A stretch of 64,000 bases of DNA from an uncultured Chloroflexia bacterium (GCA_963724295.1 CAVRUC010000006.1:32001-96000); one strand, 5' to 3'. Positions 40,126 to 50,525 are shown, counted from the stretch's first letter. Notes: a model not told the origin generated them from the letters alone. Program-made: numbers and translations.

Positions 40126-41384
40126 TCCGCGCCGTGCGGCGCCCGCGCCGCAAGTATTACGGCTGGACGATCGTCTGGACGCTCGCCGTTACCGAGACGG
40201 TCTCCTGGGGCATTCTCTACTACGCCTTCGCCGTCTTCCTCGTCCCCATGCAGACCGAGCTCGGCTGGTCGACGCCACAGATCACCGGGGCCTACTCGCT
40301 CGCGCTCGTCGTGACCATGTTCCTCTCGCCACCGCTCGGTCATTGGCTCGACCGCTCGGGTCCCCGGGTGCCAATGACGCTCGGCTCGGTGTTGGGGACA
40401 GCGCTGCTCGTGGCCTGGTCGCGGGTGGAGAGCCTGACGGGGTTCTACCTCATCTGGGCCGGAATCGGGGTGGCGCTTGCGCTCACGCTCTACGAGCCCG
40501 CGTTCGCCGCGGCCTCGACCTGGTTCGTGCGGGGTCGATCCCGCGCGCTGCTGATATTGACGACCGTGGCCGGACTCGCCAGCACGATCTTTCTTCCAGT
40601 TGCGGGGTGGCTGATCGAGCGCCTCGGCTGGCGGGACGCGCTTCTCGTGCTGGCCATTATCCTGGGTGTGACCACGATTCCCGCGCATGCACTGGTGCTG
40701 CGGCGGCGGCCGGAAGACCTCGGTCTCCTTCCGGACGGCGAGCTCGCCGAATCTGACCAGCCAGCACTGCCCCCACAGGGCGTGGCGCTCTCCCGCGCGC
40801 TCCGTGACCCGGCGTACTGGTGGTTCAATAGCGCCTTTTTTCTGGGGATGACCGCCGCGGTGGCGATCGGGGTCTACCTCATCCCGATCCTGCTGGAGCG
40901 AGGGGAGTCGCTGGCCCGCGCCACCTTCATTACCGGTCTGATTGGCGCGGCGCAGGTGGGAGGTCGGGTGGCGATCACCGCGCTCGACCGGCGGGTGCCG
41001 GAGGCGGCAATGGGGGTGGCGGTCTTCGCCTTGCAGGCGATCGCGCTGGCGGTGATCCTCGTCACGTCCGGCCTGGCATTGACGCTGCTGGCGGTGGCGT
41101 TGCTCGGCGCGGGACGAGGCGGGGTGACCCTGATGCGCGCCACGCTCGTCGCCGACCGCTACGGCCGCGCCAACTTCGCCGCGATCAGCGGCATCCCGGC
41201 GGCGGCGCAGATGGCCGCCCGCGCCGTGGCTCCGGTCGGAGCTGGTCTGCTCATCACCTGGCTCGGCGGCTACACGCCGATGCTCGCCGTGCTCACCGTC
41301 ATTGCTGTTGCCGCCACTCTGGCGATGGTCGTGTTTGCGCTGAATGCGCGGCCGATGCGCCTCGCGGTAGACAGCCAGACGTGA
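40122..41384 (+). CDS. MFS transporter
   Basis: about 12 hydrophobic segments; 'GHWLDRSGPR' motif A. Confidence 0.9.
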   Translation: MIRAVRRPRRKYYGWTIVWTLAVTETVSWGILYYAFAVFLVPMQTELGWSTPQITGAYSLALVVTMFLSPPLGHWLDRSGPRVPMTLGSVLGTALLVAWSRVESLTGFYLIWAGIGVALALTLYEPAFAAASTWFVRGRSRALLILTTVAGLASTIFLPVAGWLIERLGWRDALLVLAIILGVTTIPAHALVLRRRPEDLGLLPDGELAESDQPALPPQGVALSRALRDPAYWWFNSAFFLGMTAAVAIGVYLIPILLERGESLARATFITGLIGAAQVGGRVAITALDRRVPEAAMGVAVFALQAIALAVILVTSGLALTLLAVALLGAGRGGVTLMRATLVADRYGRANFAAISGIPAAAQMAARAVAPVGAGLLITWLGGYTPMLAVLTVIAVAATLAMVVFALNARPMRLAVDSQT

Positions 41385-41417
41385 GTCGGTGAGTCGGTAA
41401 GTCGGTAAGTCGGTAAG
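41381..41417. repeat. tandem octamer (RAGTCGGT)x4
   Basis: direct reading, immediately after the MFS stop. Confidence 0.75.
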
Positions 41418-41458
41418 GACGAGAATAAGCCGATAGCTGAAAGCCGATAGCCAGCGGC

Positions 41459-42901
41459 TCAGTGGTGATGCTGTGCCACGACGAGCGAGGCTCCGAGCTC
41501 GCGGATCACGTCGACGAGCAGATCGACGTCGGCCTCGGTCGAGCGATAGTTGACGATCGCGGGCCGGAAGGCGACCCGCCCGCCGTAGGTCGTCGTTCCG
41601 ACATAGACCCGTCCGTCAGCGAGCACCGCCTCGCCCAGTCTGCGGTTGAGTGCATCCAGCTCATCTTCCGGAACGCCGGCAGGGCGGTACCGGAAGCAGA
41701 CGACGTTGAGCTGCACGTCGGCAAGGCGCTCCAGATCGTCCGCCTCGTCAACGCGCCGCGCCACGCGCCTGGCCAGTCCCACGTGGCGTTCGACCATCGC
41801 CTGGTAGCCACCCCGGCCATAGGCGCGAAGCGTCGCCCAGACCGCGAAGGCACGCGCCTTACGCGAGCTTTCCGGCGCCATCAGCGCGAAGTTCGGTTGC
41901 TCGACGCCACCGCCCACGTAGTACGCGGCGCTGGATCCGAACGCACCCCTGAGCAATCCTTCGTCTCGCACGAACGCGAATCCGCAGTCATGCGGCACGT
42001 TCAGCCACTTGTGGCCGTCACTGGCGGCCGAGTCGGCCTGATCAAGCCCGGCGACCAGCTCGCTGGTACTGGGGCTCAACCGGGCGAACAATCCAAAGGC
42101 GCCATCGACGTGGACCCACGCGTTGTGAGCACGGGCCAGGTCGACGATCTTCCCTAGCGGATCGAAGTCTCCGGCATTGGGCTCGCCGGCGGTGGCCACG
42201 ATCACCGCCGGGGCGCCTTGCAGGGAGCCGAGCGCGGTCTCCAGCGCCTCGAGATCGAACCGGCCAACAGTGTCGCGAGTCAACGTCGTCACGCGCCGGC
42301 GGCCGACCCCGAGCATCCCCATGGCTTTCACCGAGCTGGCGTGGATGAGCCCGCTCCCGAACACCGGAAGGCACGGCAACCCTGTCCACCCATCCTCATC
42401 GATATCGACGTCGTGCTGCAGCGCCCACCATCGTCGCGCCGCCGCCAGCCCGACATAGTTGGCCATCGTGCCGCCGGTGACGAGCACTCCGCCCCACGAC
42501 GCCGGCAGAGCGAAGAGCTGCTTCAGCCAGTCGATGGCGACGACTTCCATCCCCGCGCCGAATGGCGAGGCGGCCCACATCCCCGTGTTCTGATCGAGCG
42601 CGGCCGTCAGCCACTCAGCTGCCAGCGCCGCCGGGGTTGCCCCGCCGACGACGAAATGGAAGAAGCGGCCGCCAGCCGAACCGATCGCGGCATCCATCCC
42701 CGCATCGATCAGGTCCCGAACCGCCGCGAGTGTGCCTTCACCATCCTCAGGCAGCGCTCCTCCGAGAGTTGGGGCTACCAGCTCCGCGGACGGCGGCCGC
42801 ACCGGCCGATCGGGGAGTGAGGCGACGTAGCGAACGGCGGCCCCATGAACCAGGTTGAGCGCCTCGTCGATGTCGCCAAGATGATGAATCGGGTCGGTCA
42901 T
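41459..42901 (-). CDS. group II PLP-dependent (aromatic amino acid/glutamate-type) decarboxylase
   Basis: 'GGTMAN', 'WVHVDGAFG', 'DGHKWL'. Confidence 0.9.
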   Translation of the reverse strand: MTDPIHHLGDIDEALNLVHGAAVRYVASLPDRPVRPPSAELVAPTLGGALPEDGEGTLAAVRDLIDAGMDAAIGSAGGRFFHFVVGGATPAALAAEWLTAALDQNTGMWAASPFGAGMEVVAIDWLKQLFALPASWGGVLVTGGTMANYVGLAAARRWWALQHDVDIDEDGWTGLPCLPVFGSGLIHASSVKAMGMLGVGRRRVTTLTRDTVGRFDLEALETALGSLQGAPAVIVATAGEPNAGDFDPLGKIVDLARAHNAWVHVDGAFGLFARLSPSTSELVAGLDQADSAASDGHKWLNVPHDCGFAFVRDEGLLRGAFGSSAAYYVGGGVEQPNFALMAPESSRKARAFAVWATLRAYGRGGYQAMVERHVGLARRVARRVDEADDLERLADVQLNVVCFRYRPAGVPEDELDALNRRLGEAVLADGRVYVGTTTYGGRVAFRPAIVNYRSTEADVDLLVDVIRELGASLVVAQHHH

Positions 42902-43190
42902 GACCATGCAACTCCGCACATAGCGGGCAAGAAGACGCGCAACGCCCGCGACGTCCCGTCAGAACAGCGGTCTGAAGAAACGGCTTGGGCAACGACTCCG
43001 GCTGATTATCTCTTACTCGCGTAAAGGTAAAGGTCATCGTGAAGAACCGGCAGCCACTGGTGCAAATCATGCGTGCTGACCAGGGAATGGAACGCAGTGG
43101 TCTGTTCAAGGCACGGCAACGGCCGGAAACGATCGCCGCGGGTGGTTACCGCCCGCGGCGCCTGATGACTCACATGAGGGAGAGGATACG

Positions 43191-44183
43191 ATGCGTCAGC
43201 TGGTTCTCGTCTTTGCGGTGGTGCTCGGTCTTGCCGCGACCAGCCTAACACCGGTCGCGGCACAGGATGCATCACCAGCGGCGAGCCCAATGACCGCGAC
43301 GTGCGAGGCGCCGGAGCTGCCACCTGGAACCCCCACTCCGATGGAGGAGATGGTTCCCGCAGGAACACCGGCCGGGGACATGGCCGGTATGGACATGGGC
43401 ACCCCAGAGGCGGTCGAGGAGGCTGAGGCAATCGCCGAGATTGCCGAGCAGGCGACGCCTGAGCCCACCGCTGCGCAGGCTGGGGAGCCAGCGGACGAGG
43501 CCACGGCCGAGCGGGTGATTGCCGCCGCGGAGAACCTCATCGCGTGCCTGAGCTCCGGTGATTATCTGGGGTTTGCGGCGCTCATCACGCCGAACTACCT
43601 CCTGACCGAATTCGGGACCAGCAACCCGTACGATCTACCGGTCTACCTGGAGGGGTTCCCGATCGAAGGCGGGACGGTGACCGATGCTCAGACTCACCCC
43701 GATGGCAGAGTGAGCGCCGACGTGACCACGGTGATCGGCGGCACGCAAGTCGATCACTTCCGGGCCTTCTTCGTGGAAGAGAATGGAATGCTCCTGCTCG
43801 ATGAGGAGCAGACGCTGCCGGTCGAGGGAGCAGAGGTCACGGTCGAGGTCACGATGCTCGACTTCGCCTTCGACCTGAGCCAGGACACCCTCCCAGCGGA
43901 TGCCCTCGTCGCCTTCACGCTCCCGAACGAGGGGCAATACCCACATGAGTTCGCGGTGGTGCGCCTGCCTGAAGGGGTCACTGTTGAGCAGGTGCTCGCA
44001 GATCCCTCGCTGGAGGATCAGATTCAGTTCATTGGCGGGGCCTTTGCGGAGCCAGGAGACATCGGGTACTTCGGGCTGGAAGGTCTCGAGCCGGGAACAT
44101 ATACGGCCGTCTGCTTCGTCGACGTGCCGGAAGGTGTTCCGCACGTCATGCGAGGCATGGTCGCCGAGTTCACCGTCGAGTAA
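43191..44183 (+). CDS. secreted cupredoxin-domain protein
   Basis: signal peptide; 'PHEF...CFVDVPEGVPHVMRGM' gives His/Cys/His/Met type-1 copper ligands. Confidence 0.78.
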   Translation: MRQLVLVFAVVLGLAATSLTPVAAQDASPAASPMTATCEAPELPPGTPTPMEEMVPAGTPAGDMAGMDMGTPEAVEEAEAIAEIAEQATPEPTAAQAGEPADEATAERVIAAAENLIACLSSGDYLGFAALITPNYLLTEFGTSNPYDLPVYLEGFPIEGGTVTDAQTHPDGRVSADVTTVIGGTQVDHFRAFFVEENGMLLLDEEQTLPVEGAEVTVEVTMLDFAFDLSQDTLPADALVAFTLPNEGQYPHEFAVVRLPEGVTVEQVLADPSLEDQIQFIGGAFAEPGDIGYFGLEGLEPGTYTAVCFVDVPEGVPHVMRGMVAEFTVE

Positions 44184-44430
44184 GTCGTCTCAACACCAGA
44201 CCGCCCCTCGGCTCGCGCTGGTTTCGCCGGCGACCCGAGGGGCGGCCGCTGGGGATTCACAAGCATCATGCGAACGTCATGGCAGGTTGAGCGCCAGTGA
44301 ACGTGCAGGATCTCGTTCGCATCTATTACGTCCAGGTTTTGTGCCATTTCGCTTTATCGGTCATCGTCCCTGCCCAGTGGTCATGAGCGCCCGGTTGCTG
44401 CCGGGCTATCGGTCGCACGAGGGATTCCGC

Positions 44431-44727
44431 GTGACCGATCAATCTCGGGTGCGCGTCATCGCTCGGGTCACGGGCACGGTGCAAGGGGTCAAATACCGAG
44501 CGACGGCACAGCGTGAAGCACGCCAGCGCGGTCTCACCGGCTGGGTACGCAACGAGCCGGACGGCACGGTCCTGATCGACGTCGAAGGCGACCCGGCGGC
44601 AGTCGACGCCTTTCTCGGGTGGTGCGCCGAGGGGCCGCCCGGAGCGCGGGTTGCCACGGTCGAAACGACGACCGCCGATCCCGCCGGCTATGAGGAGTTC
44701 ACGATTCTGCGCTCAGAGCGGCGGTGA
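44431..44727 (+). CDS. acyP: acylphosphatase
   Basis: 'VTGTVQGVKYR', 'GWVRNEPDGTV', 'EGPPGARV'. Confidence 0.9.
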   Translation: MTDQSRVRVIARVTGTVQGVKYRATAQREARQRGLTGWVRNEPDGTVLIDVEGDPAAVDAFLGWCAEGPPGARVATVETTTADPAGYEEFTILRSERR

Positions 44728-44794
44728 CCGTGGCGATCCGAACGGGAGCCTCCGCTTCAATTGGCCTAACACCAGGACAGGGCTTTTGGACTCG

Positions 44795-47662
44795 TCAGCT
44801 CGCTGGTTCGTTCCGACCTCTCGCATGGGAGTCAGTCGTTTCGGTCACAACCTCGTCCGCGATCGCCAGCGCCTCGTCCACCGCCTCCTCTATCGTCAAG
44901 AGACGACCAGCCGACCAGGCCTCTGTGAATTCCGCGGCCTGCAAGGCCGCACGGGTGTCCGCCGTGATGCGCTCGCCGTGATGCTTCTGGGAGATCTGCC
45001 CCATCCCCAGGGCTTCCCGTGCGGCTTCGACCGCTCCGAGCAACCGTGCCGCCCGCTCCGCCTGGCCCAGCGCCAACGCCACTCCCGCCAGCCCATGCAC
45101 GGCGCCAAGGATCGCCCGCGTCTGCTGGCTGGCCCGCGCCAGGGTGATGGTCTCGGTAAAGCAGCTGGCGGCGTGTGGGTGATCACCCTCAGCCAATGCG
45201 GCGTGACCGCGCTGGTTGAGCACGAGGGTGATGAGCCAATCGGACCTGAGCTGCCGGAGGCGCGCCAGCGCCTCATCGAGCATCGGAACTCCCGCCGCGA
45301 GCTCACCCCGCCAGATCAGGATGTCAGCGAGGTCCGCCTGCGCCCACGCGGCCAGCACGGGGTTCCCGGCTGCCTGTAACAGCGGGACGGCCTCGGACAA
45401 GGCGGCCGCGGCCCGTTCGCCGTGACCGTGGAATTCCCAGAACATACCGACGCCGTACTGGGCCAGCCCGAGGGCAGCCGGCTCGCCCGACTCCTGGGCA
45501 GCGCTGGACAGGCGCTCGACATGCATCGCGGCGTCGTCTCGATTGCCAAGGATGCTGTTCACTAGCGCCAGGAGATAGTGGGCAACGGTTCGATCCGTGG
45601 CGGGTGCGTCTGGAGCCGCCGCCAGCGCCGCGGTCAGCCACCGGCAGAGCTCCATAGGGTTGGGTCGTCGCTGGCTCCAGTAATCTTCAGCCGCTGTCAG
45701 GAGGCGCAGGGCAGTTCGCCCCTCCCCACGCTCGAGCAGCCAGTTGACGGCGGCGCGCAGGTTGGTTAGTTCGTCGTCGAGGCGGATCACCCAGTGGGGT
45801 TGCATGCTGCCGCCGATGAGAGCGGGCTGGGCCGCCTCCGTCAACGTCAGGCACCACGCGGCGAGGCGACGTCGGGTCTCCTCCCCCGTGCCGCTTCCGT
45901 CCAGCCGTTCCAGCCCAAACTCCCGGACTGTTTCCAGCATGCGGAACCGCGGCTCGCCGTCGGTCTCTTCCTGCCGCAGCAGGCTCTTGTCGACGAGCGA
46001 GGCTATGCCGTCGAAGATTGAGGGGGGCGCTTCGCGGAGGGGGGAGAAGGGGGGATGAGGGGGGTCGCTTCGCTCCAAGGGGGAAGAGGAGACGGATGAA
46101 GGGCGAGTCGTGCTCCCGTCGTCCTCCTTTCCCCCCTCGTCCCCTTCATCCCCCCTCAGGCCGCGTGCGGCCGCCCCCCCTAGCGCAGCGCCCCCCTCAG
46201 CGAAGCGCCCCCCTTCGTCCCCTACATACTCCGCCGCCTCCAGGGTGCAGCCGCCGGGAAAGACCGCCAGGCGCTGGAAGAGCGTCTGCTCCTGCGGGGT
46301 GAGCAGATCATGACTCCAGGCAATCGCATCACGCATCGTCTGTTGCCGTGCCGGGAGGTCGCGGGCGCCTCGGGTCAACAGCGGCAAGCGCTTCTCCAGG
46401 CGCTGGAGCAGCGCCTGCGGTGGGAGCAGCTTGACGAGGGCCGCGGCGAGCTCGATGGCCAAAGGAAGGCCATCGAGGCGATGGCAAATCTCCGCCACGG
46501 CGGGGGCGTTGGCCGTGGTCACCGTGAAGCCGGGCTTCACGGCCTGGGCTCGCTCGACAAAGAGGCGAACCGCCTCGAACTGGAGTACGTGCTCGAGCGG
46601 CGGCAGGTGCTCCGGATCCGGCATCAGGAGCGGCGCAAGCGGGTATTCCTGCTCGCCAGAGGTGTGCAGGGGCGTGCGGCTCGTCACCAGCACCTTCGCG
46701 CCTGGTCCCCCAGCGAGGAGACTCGTGACGAGGGACGCCGACTCGAGCACGCGTTCGAAATTGTCCAGGACCAGTAGAAGCCGCTTTCCGCCTATGACTG
46801 TGGCCAGGCGCTCCGGCAGTCCACCCCCCTCCTCGCGCACGCCAAGCACGCGGGCGATGGCCGAGGGGACCAGGGTCGGATCGTCGAGCGCGCTCAGATC
46901 GACGAACCAGACCCCATCCGGAAAGTCGTCCAGCACGCCGGCGGCGGCCTGCACGCCGAGGCGGGTCTTGCCGACACCACCCGGTCCGGTGACCGTCAGG
47001 AGCCGGACATCATCACGGCCGAGAAGGTCGACGATCCGAGCAACATGATCCTCGCGACCGAGAAACGGCGTCGGTTCCATGGGGAGGTTGTTCGGGCGAG
47101 GGGTCAGGGTTCTAATCGGCGGGAAGTCGGCAGTCAGGTCAGGGTGAAGCAGTTGGAAGACGTGCTCCGGCCGGTTGAGATCGCGCAGCGGGTGTTCACC
47201 GAGGTCGCGCAGACTCGCACCCAGGGGCAGGGCATCGTATGCCAGGTTCTGCGTCACCTGGGTGAGGAGCACCTGACCACCGTGGGCGGCGGACACCAGG
47301 CGGGCGAGGCGATTGAGGCCAGGAGCGAGATAGTCCCCGTCACGAGGCTCAGCGGCAGCGGTATGCAGCGCCATGCGGACGGTGAGCGCGCCACCCACCT
47401 CGGGCCAGCGATCCGCTGCCAGGGACCGTTGGGCATCGAGGGCCGCGGCAACGGCATCAGGGGCGGTGAAGAAGGCGGCCTGGATGGCGTCGCCAACCCT
47501 CTTGAAGAGGACGCCGTGGTGGGACTCGACTGCTGTCCGCATGAGGGTGTGGTGGCGCTCGACAACCTGACTCATCACGGTCTGGTCCCGCTCCCAGCGT
47601 TCGGCGCTCCCTTCAATATCCGTGAAGAGGAAGGTGACGGTGCCCGAGGGGAAGGTGGGCAT
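44795..47662 (-). CDS. class III nucleotidyl cyclase + STAND/AAA ATPase + TPR protein
   Basis: 'TFLFTDIEGS', 'GPGGVGKT', 'LLLVLDNFE', 'GLPLAIELAAA'. Confidence 0.9.
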   Translation of the reverse strand: MPTFPSGTVTFLFTDIEGSAERWERDQTVMSQVVERHHTLMRTAVESHHGVLFKRVGDAIQAAFFTAPDAVAAALDAQRSLAADRWPEVGGALTVRMALHTAAAEPRDGDYLAPGLNRLARLVSAAHGGQVLLTQVTQNLAYDALPLGASLRDLGEHPLRDLNRPEHVFQLLHPDLTADFPPIRTLTPRPNNLPMEPTPFLGREDHVARIVDLLGRDDVRLLTVTGPGGVGKTRLGVQAAAGVLDDFPDGVWFVDLSALDDPTLVPSAIARVLGVREEGGGLPERLATVIGGKRLLLVLDNFERVLESASLVTSLLAGGPGAKVLVTSRTPLHTSGEQEYPLAPLLMPDPEHLPPLEHVLQFEAVRLFVERAQAVKPGFTVTTANAPAVAEICHRLDGLPLAIELAAALVKLLPPQALLQRLEKRLPLLTRGARDLPARQQTMRDAIAWSHDLLTPQEQTLFQRLAVFPGGCTLEAAEYVGDEGGRFAEGGAALGGAAARGLRGDEGDEGGKEDDGSTTRPSSVSSSPLERSDPPHPPFSPLREAPPSIFDGIASLVDKSLLRQEETDGEPRFRMLETVREFGLERLDGSGTGEETRRRLAAWCLTLTEAAQPALIGGSMQPHWVIRLDDELTNLRAAVNWLLERGEGRTALRLLTAAEDYWSQRRPNPMELCRWLTAALAAAPDAPATDRTVAHYLLALVNSILGNRDDAAMHVERLSSAAQESGEPAALGLAQYGVGMFWEFHGHGERAAAALSEAVPLLQAAGNPVLAAWAQADLADILIWRGELAAGVPMLDEALARLRQLRSDWLITLVLNQRGHAALAEGDHPHAASCFTETITLARASQQTRAILGAVHGLAGVALALGQAERAARLLGAVEAAREALGMGQISQKHHGERITADTRAALQAAEFTEAWSAGRLLTIEEAVDEALAIADEVVTETTDSHARGRNEPAS
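46020..46225 (-). mobile_element. family A REP/MITE-like element inserted in-frame in the cyclase-ATPase gene
   Basis: reverse complement aligns by eye with 27786-27964; the segment is absent from the adjacent paralog. Confidence 0.78.
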
Positions 47663-47747
47663 GGACGCTCCACGATCGCGACCAGTTTGGCAAGCTCGAT
47701 CCTATTGTCGCATCACGTCGGGAAAGAATGACTGGCTGAATCCCGGC

Positions 47748-50408
47748 TCAGGTTGGTACCAGGCCCAACGATCTGGCCGTTTGCAGCGCCTCGGTCGTTG
47801 CCTGCTCCCGGGAGAGCCGCCGGCCGTGTGCCCACGCGGCGGCGAACGCTTCCTCTCCCAGTGCCGCGCGTGCCGTCTCGATCGCCTGGCGATTCTGACC
47901 GCGGGCGGCGATGAAGGACCATGCTCCGGCGACCTGATACACCGCTTCCGCCGCTCCCAGCAATCGCGCTGCCTGCTCCGCCTGGCCCAGATCGGCGGCG
48001 ATCGTGCCGATGGCCGCCAGGCCGGCGCCGAGAAATGTGGTGTCGCCGAGCGCCTGGGCAAGCTCGATCGACTCGCTGTAGTAGGCGCTGGCGGCCGGCT
48101 GATCGGACCGGGCCAACGCAATCTCTCCGAGCAAGGCGAGCGAGAAGGAGGTCCCCCACAGGGGCTGATGCCGGCGCTGCAGCTCCAGAGCCTCGGTCAC
48201 GAGCGTCGTTGCTTTCTCCAGATCACCTTCCAGAAACGCAAACTCAGCAATACAGTCGAGAATGGCGCCGATGAACAGCGGGTGGTCCAGAGCTCGGGCC
48301 AGGGTCAGGGCCTCCTCGAGCAACGCAAACCCTTTGGCACGGTCCCCGCTGTAGCCCGTGGCTCTCCCCTGGCTGAGCAAGGCCATGGCCAGACTGGCTG
48401 ATTCGTCGCCGTTCTCCCGCAGGAGGCTCACGCTGAACGCGGCCAGCTCGGCAGCAGCGGCATGATCCTTCCTCGGCAGCGTGAGCACGCTGGCCCAGTT
48501 CAGGGCAGCCGCGCGAAACGGTGCAGCGACGGCGGAGCGAGGCGAGCGGGCCCGCTCCAGCCAGGAAATCCCCTCCGTGCCGAACCCCCGCACGAACCAG
48601 AACCAGCCCAGCCCCGCGGCGAGACGGATCATGGTCTCCTCGTCACCCTGCTGTTCCACCCAAACGAGAGCGGCGCGAATATTGTCATGTTCGGCCGCGA
48701 GCCGCTCGAGCAGCGCGGGCTCAGTCGCCTGGAAGAGCTCGGCGCTCATCGCCTCGGAAAATGACACGAGGTAGTCGGCGTGGCGTCGTCGCGTGCTGTC
48801 GATCTCGCCCGCGGCCGCGAGCTGCTCGAGACCGAACTCCCGGATCGTCTCCAGCATGCCGAAGCGCGGGTCCGGACCGGTTGTCGCCACGGGCCGCACC
48901 AGGCTTTTGTCGGCCAGGGCGGTGATCCCGGTGAAGACGTCGAGCGCGCCGTCGTGACTGACAACCGCCTCCGCCGCCTCGAGCGTCCAACCGCCGCTGA
49001 AGACGGCCAGGCGGCGAAAGAGGGTCGGCTCATCCCCTTCCAGCAAGTCATGACTCCAGGCAATGGCGTCGCGCAGGGTGCGCTGCCGCGCCGGGGCGTC
49101 GCGTGGTCCACCGGTGAGGACGGGCAGGCTGCGTTCCAGCCGTTCCAGCAAGGCTCGCGGCGGCAAGAGTCTGATTCGTGCCGCGGCGAGCTCGATGGCC
49201 AGGGGCAGCCCATCGAGACGCTGGCAGATCGCGGCGATGACCGGGGCGTTGTCTTCGGTCAGCGCGAAGTCGGGCACGATGGCCCTTGCTCGTTGCACGA
49301 AAAGGTCGATCGCCGGCACGCGGGCGAGCTCAGACAGCGGCAGCATTGCTTCGGCCGGAGGCAGGGCCAGGGGGGCCACGGCAACTTGCTGCTCGGCGCG
49401 TACCTGGAGTGGCTCCCGGCTCGTCACCAGCATGGAGAGGTGCGGGCAGGCCATCAGCAGCTCGGCGAGCTGGGGCGCCGCGTCGAGGACCTGCTCGAAG
49501 TTGTCGAGTACCAGGAGCAGCCGCTTCGATGCCAGGAACGCCTCGATGGCCGGCAACAATCCCTGTCCCCCTGGCTCACGCACCCTGAGCACACTGGCGA
49601 TTGCCGGCAGGACCAGCGCCGGATCGGTGAGTGGCGCGAGATCGACGAACCAGACACCGTCGGGGAAGGCATCGAGCGCTTCGGCGGCGACGGCCAGGGC
49701 CAGCCGCGTCTTGCCAGTCCCACCCGGACCGGTCAAGGTGACGAGTCGATCGCCCTCGCGCTCGATCATCGCCGAGATATGGGCGATCTCCGCTTCGCGG
49801 CCGACCAGCGTCGTGAGCTGCATCGGCAGATTGGTTTCCAGGCGCTCGAGGGTTTGCGGCGGGGGAAAGCTCGACTGGAGCCCCGGGGCGAGCACCTGCC
49901 AGATGCGTTCCGGCTCCAGCAGATCGCGCAGCCGGTACTCGCCGAGATCAACCAGGGTCACGGAGGGGAGCGGAGCATCGTCGATCAAGGCGCGCGCCGC
50001 ATCGGAGAGCACGATCTGGCCGCCATGGGCGACCGCGAGGAGCCGGCTCAACCGGTTGAGCGCGGGTACCTGGTGGTAGTCACCCGCGGCATCGGGCGTA
50101 GCCTCGCCAACGTGCAGCGCCATGCGCACCCGAATCGGAGCGGGCAGCGACCAGGGTTCAGCGGCGATCGCCTGCTGCGCGGCAACCGCGGCGGCAAGCG
50201 CATCGGGAGCAGCGGCGAAGGCGGCCTGCACGGCGTCGCCGATGATCTGGAAGCGATACCCGTCATGGGCGGCGATCGCCGCATCGAGCAGCTCGAGATG
50301 GCGGTTGACCGCGAGGCGCATCGCCGCCTGGTCCTGCTCCCAGAGCGCCGTGCTGCCTTCGATATCCGTGAAGAGGAAGGTGACAGTGCCGCTGGGCAGA
50401 TCGGGCAT
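47748..50408 (-). CDS. class III nucleotidyl cyclase + STAND/AAA ATPase + TPR protein (tandem paralog)
   Basis: 'TFLFTDIEGST', 'GPGGTGKT', 'LVLDNFE', 'GLPLAIELAAAR'. Confidence 0.9.
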   Translation of the reverse strand: MPDLPSGTVTFLFTDIEGSTALWEQDQAAMRLAVNRHLELLDAAIAAHDGYRFQIIGDAVQAAFAAAPDALAAAVAAQQAIAAEPWSLPAPIRVRMALHVGEATPDAAGDYHQVPALNRLSRLLAVAHGGQIVLSDAARALIDDAPLPSVTLVDLGEYRLRDLLEPERIWQVLAPGLQSSFPPPQTLERLETNLPMQLTTLVGREAEIAHISAMIEREGDRLVTLTGPGGTGKTRLALAVAAEALDAFPDGVWFVDLAPLTDPALVLPAIASVLRVREPGGQGLLPAIEAFLASKRLLLVLDNFEQVLDAAPQLAELLMACPHLSMLVTSREPLQVRAEQQVAVAPLALPPAEAMLPLSELARVPAIDLFVQRARAIVPDFALTEDNAPVIAAICQRLDGLPLAIELAAARIRLLPPRALLERLERSLPVLTGGPRDAPARQRTLRDAIAWSHDLLEGDEPTLFRRLAVFSGGWTLEAAEAVVSHDGALDVFTGITALADKSLVRPVATTGPDPRFGMLETIREFGLEQLAAAGEIDSTRRRHADYLVSFSEAMSAELFQATEPALLERLAAEHDNIRAALVWVEQQGDEETMIRLAAGLGWFWFVRGFGTEGISWLERARSPRSAVAAPFRAAALNWASVLTLPRKDHAAAAELAAFSVSLLRENGDESASLAMALLSQGRATGYSGDRAKGFALLEEALTLARALDHPLFIGAILDCIAEFAFLEGDLEKATTLVTEALELQRRHQPLWGTSFSLALLGEIALARSDQPAASAYYSESIELAQALGDTTFLGAGLAAIGTIAADLGQAEQAARLLGAAEAVYQVAGAWSFIAARGQNRQAIETARAALGEEAFAAAWAHGRRLSREQATTEALQTARSLGLVPT

Positions 50409-50525
50409 GGTGCCTCTCGCGACGCTCGGCTGGATATGAACCCTACCGATTGTCGCATGGGAGCACGGGGGTCACGCCAGAGGCGCACCGAGCTGGGCTT
50501 CCGAATGACTACGGCGATGCGGGCG

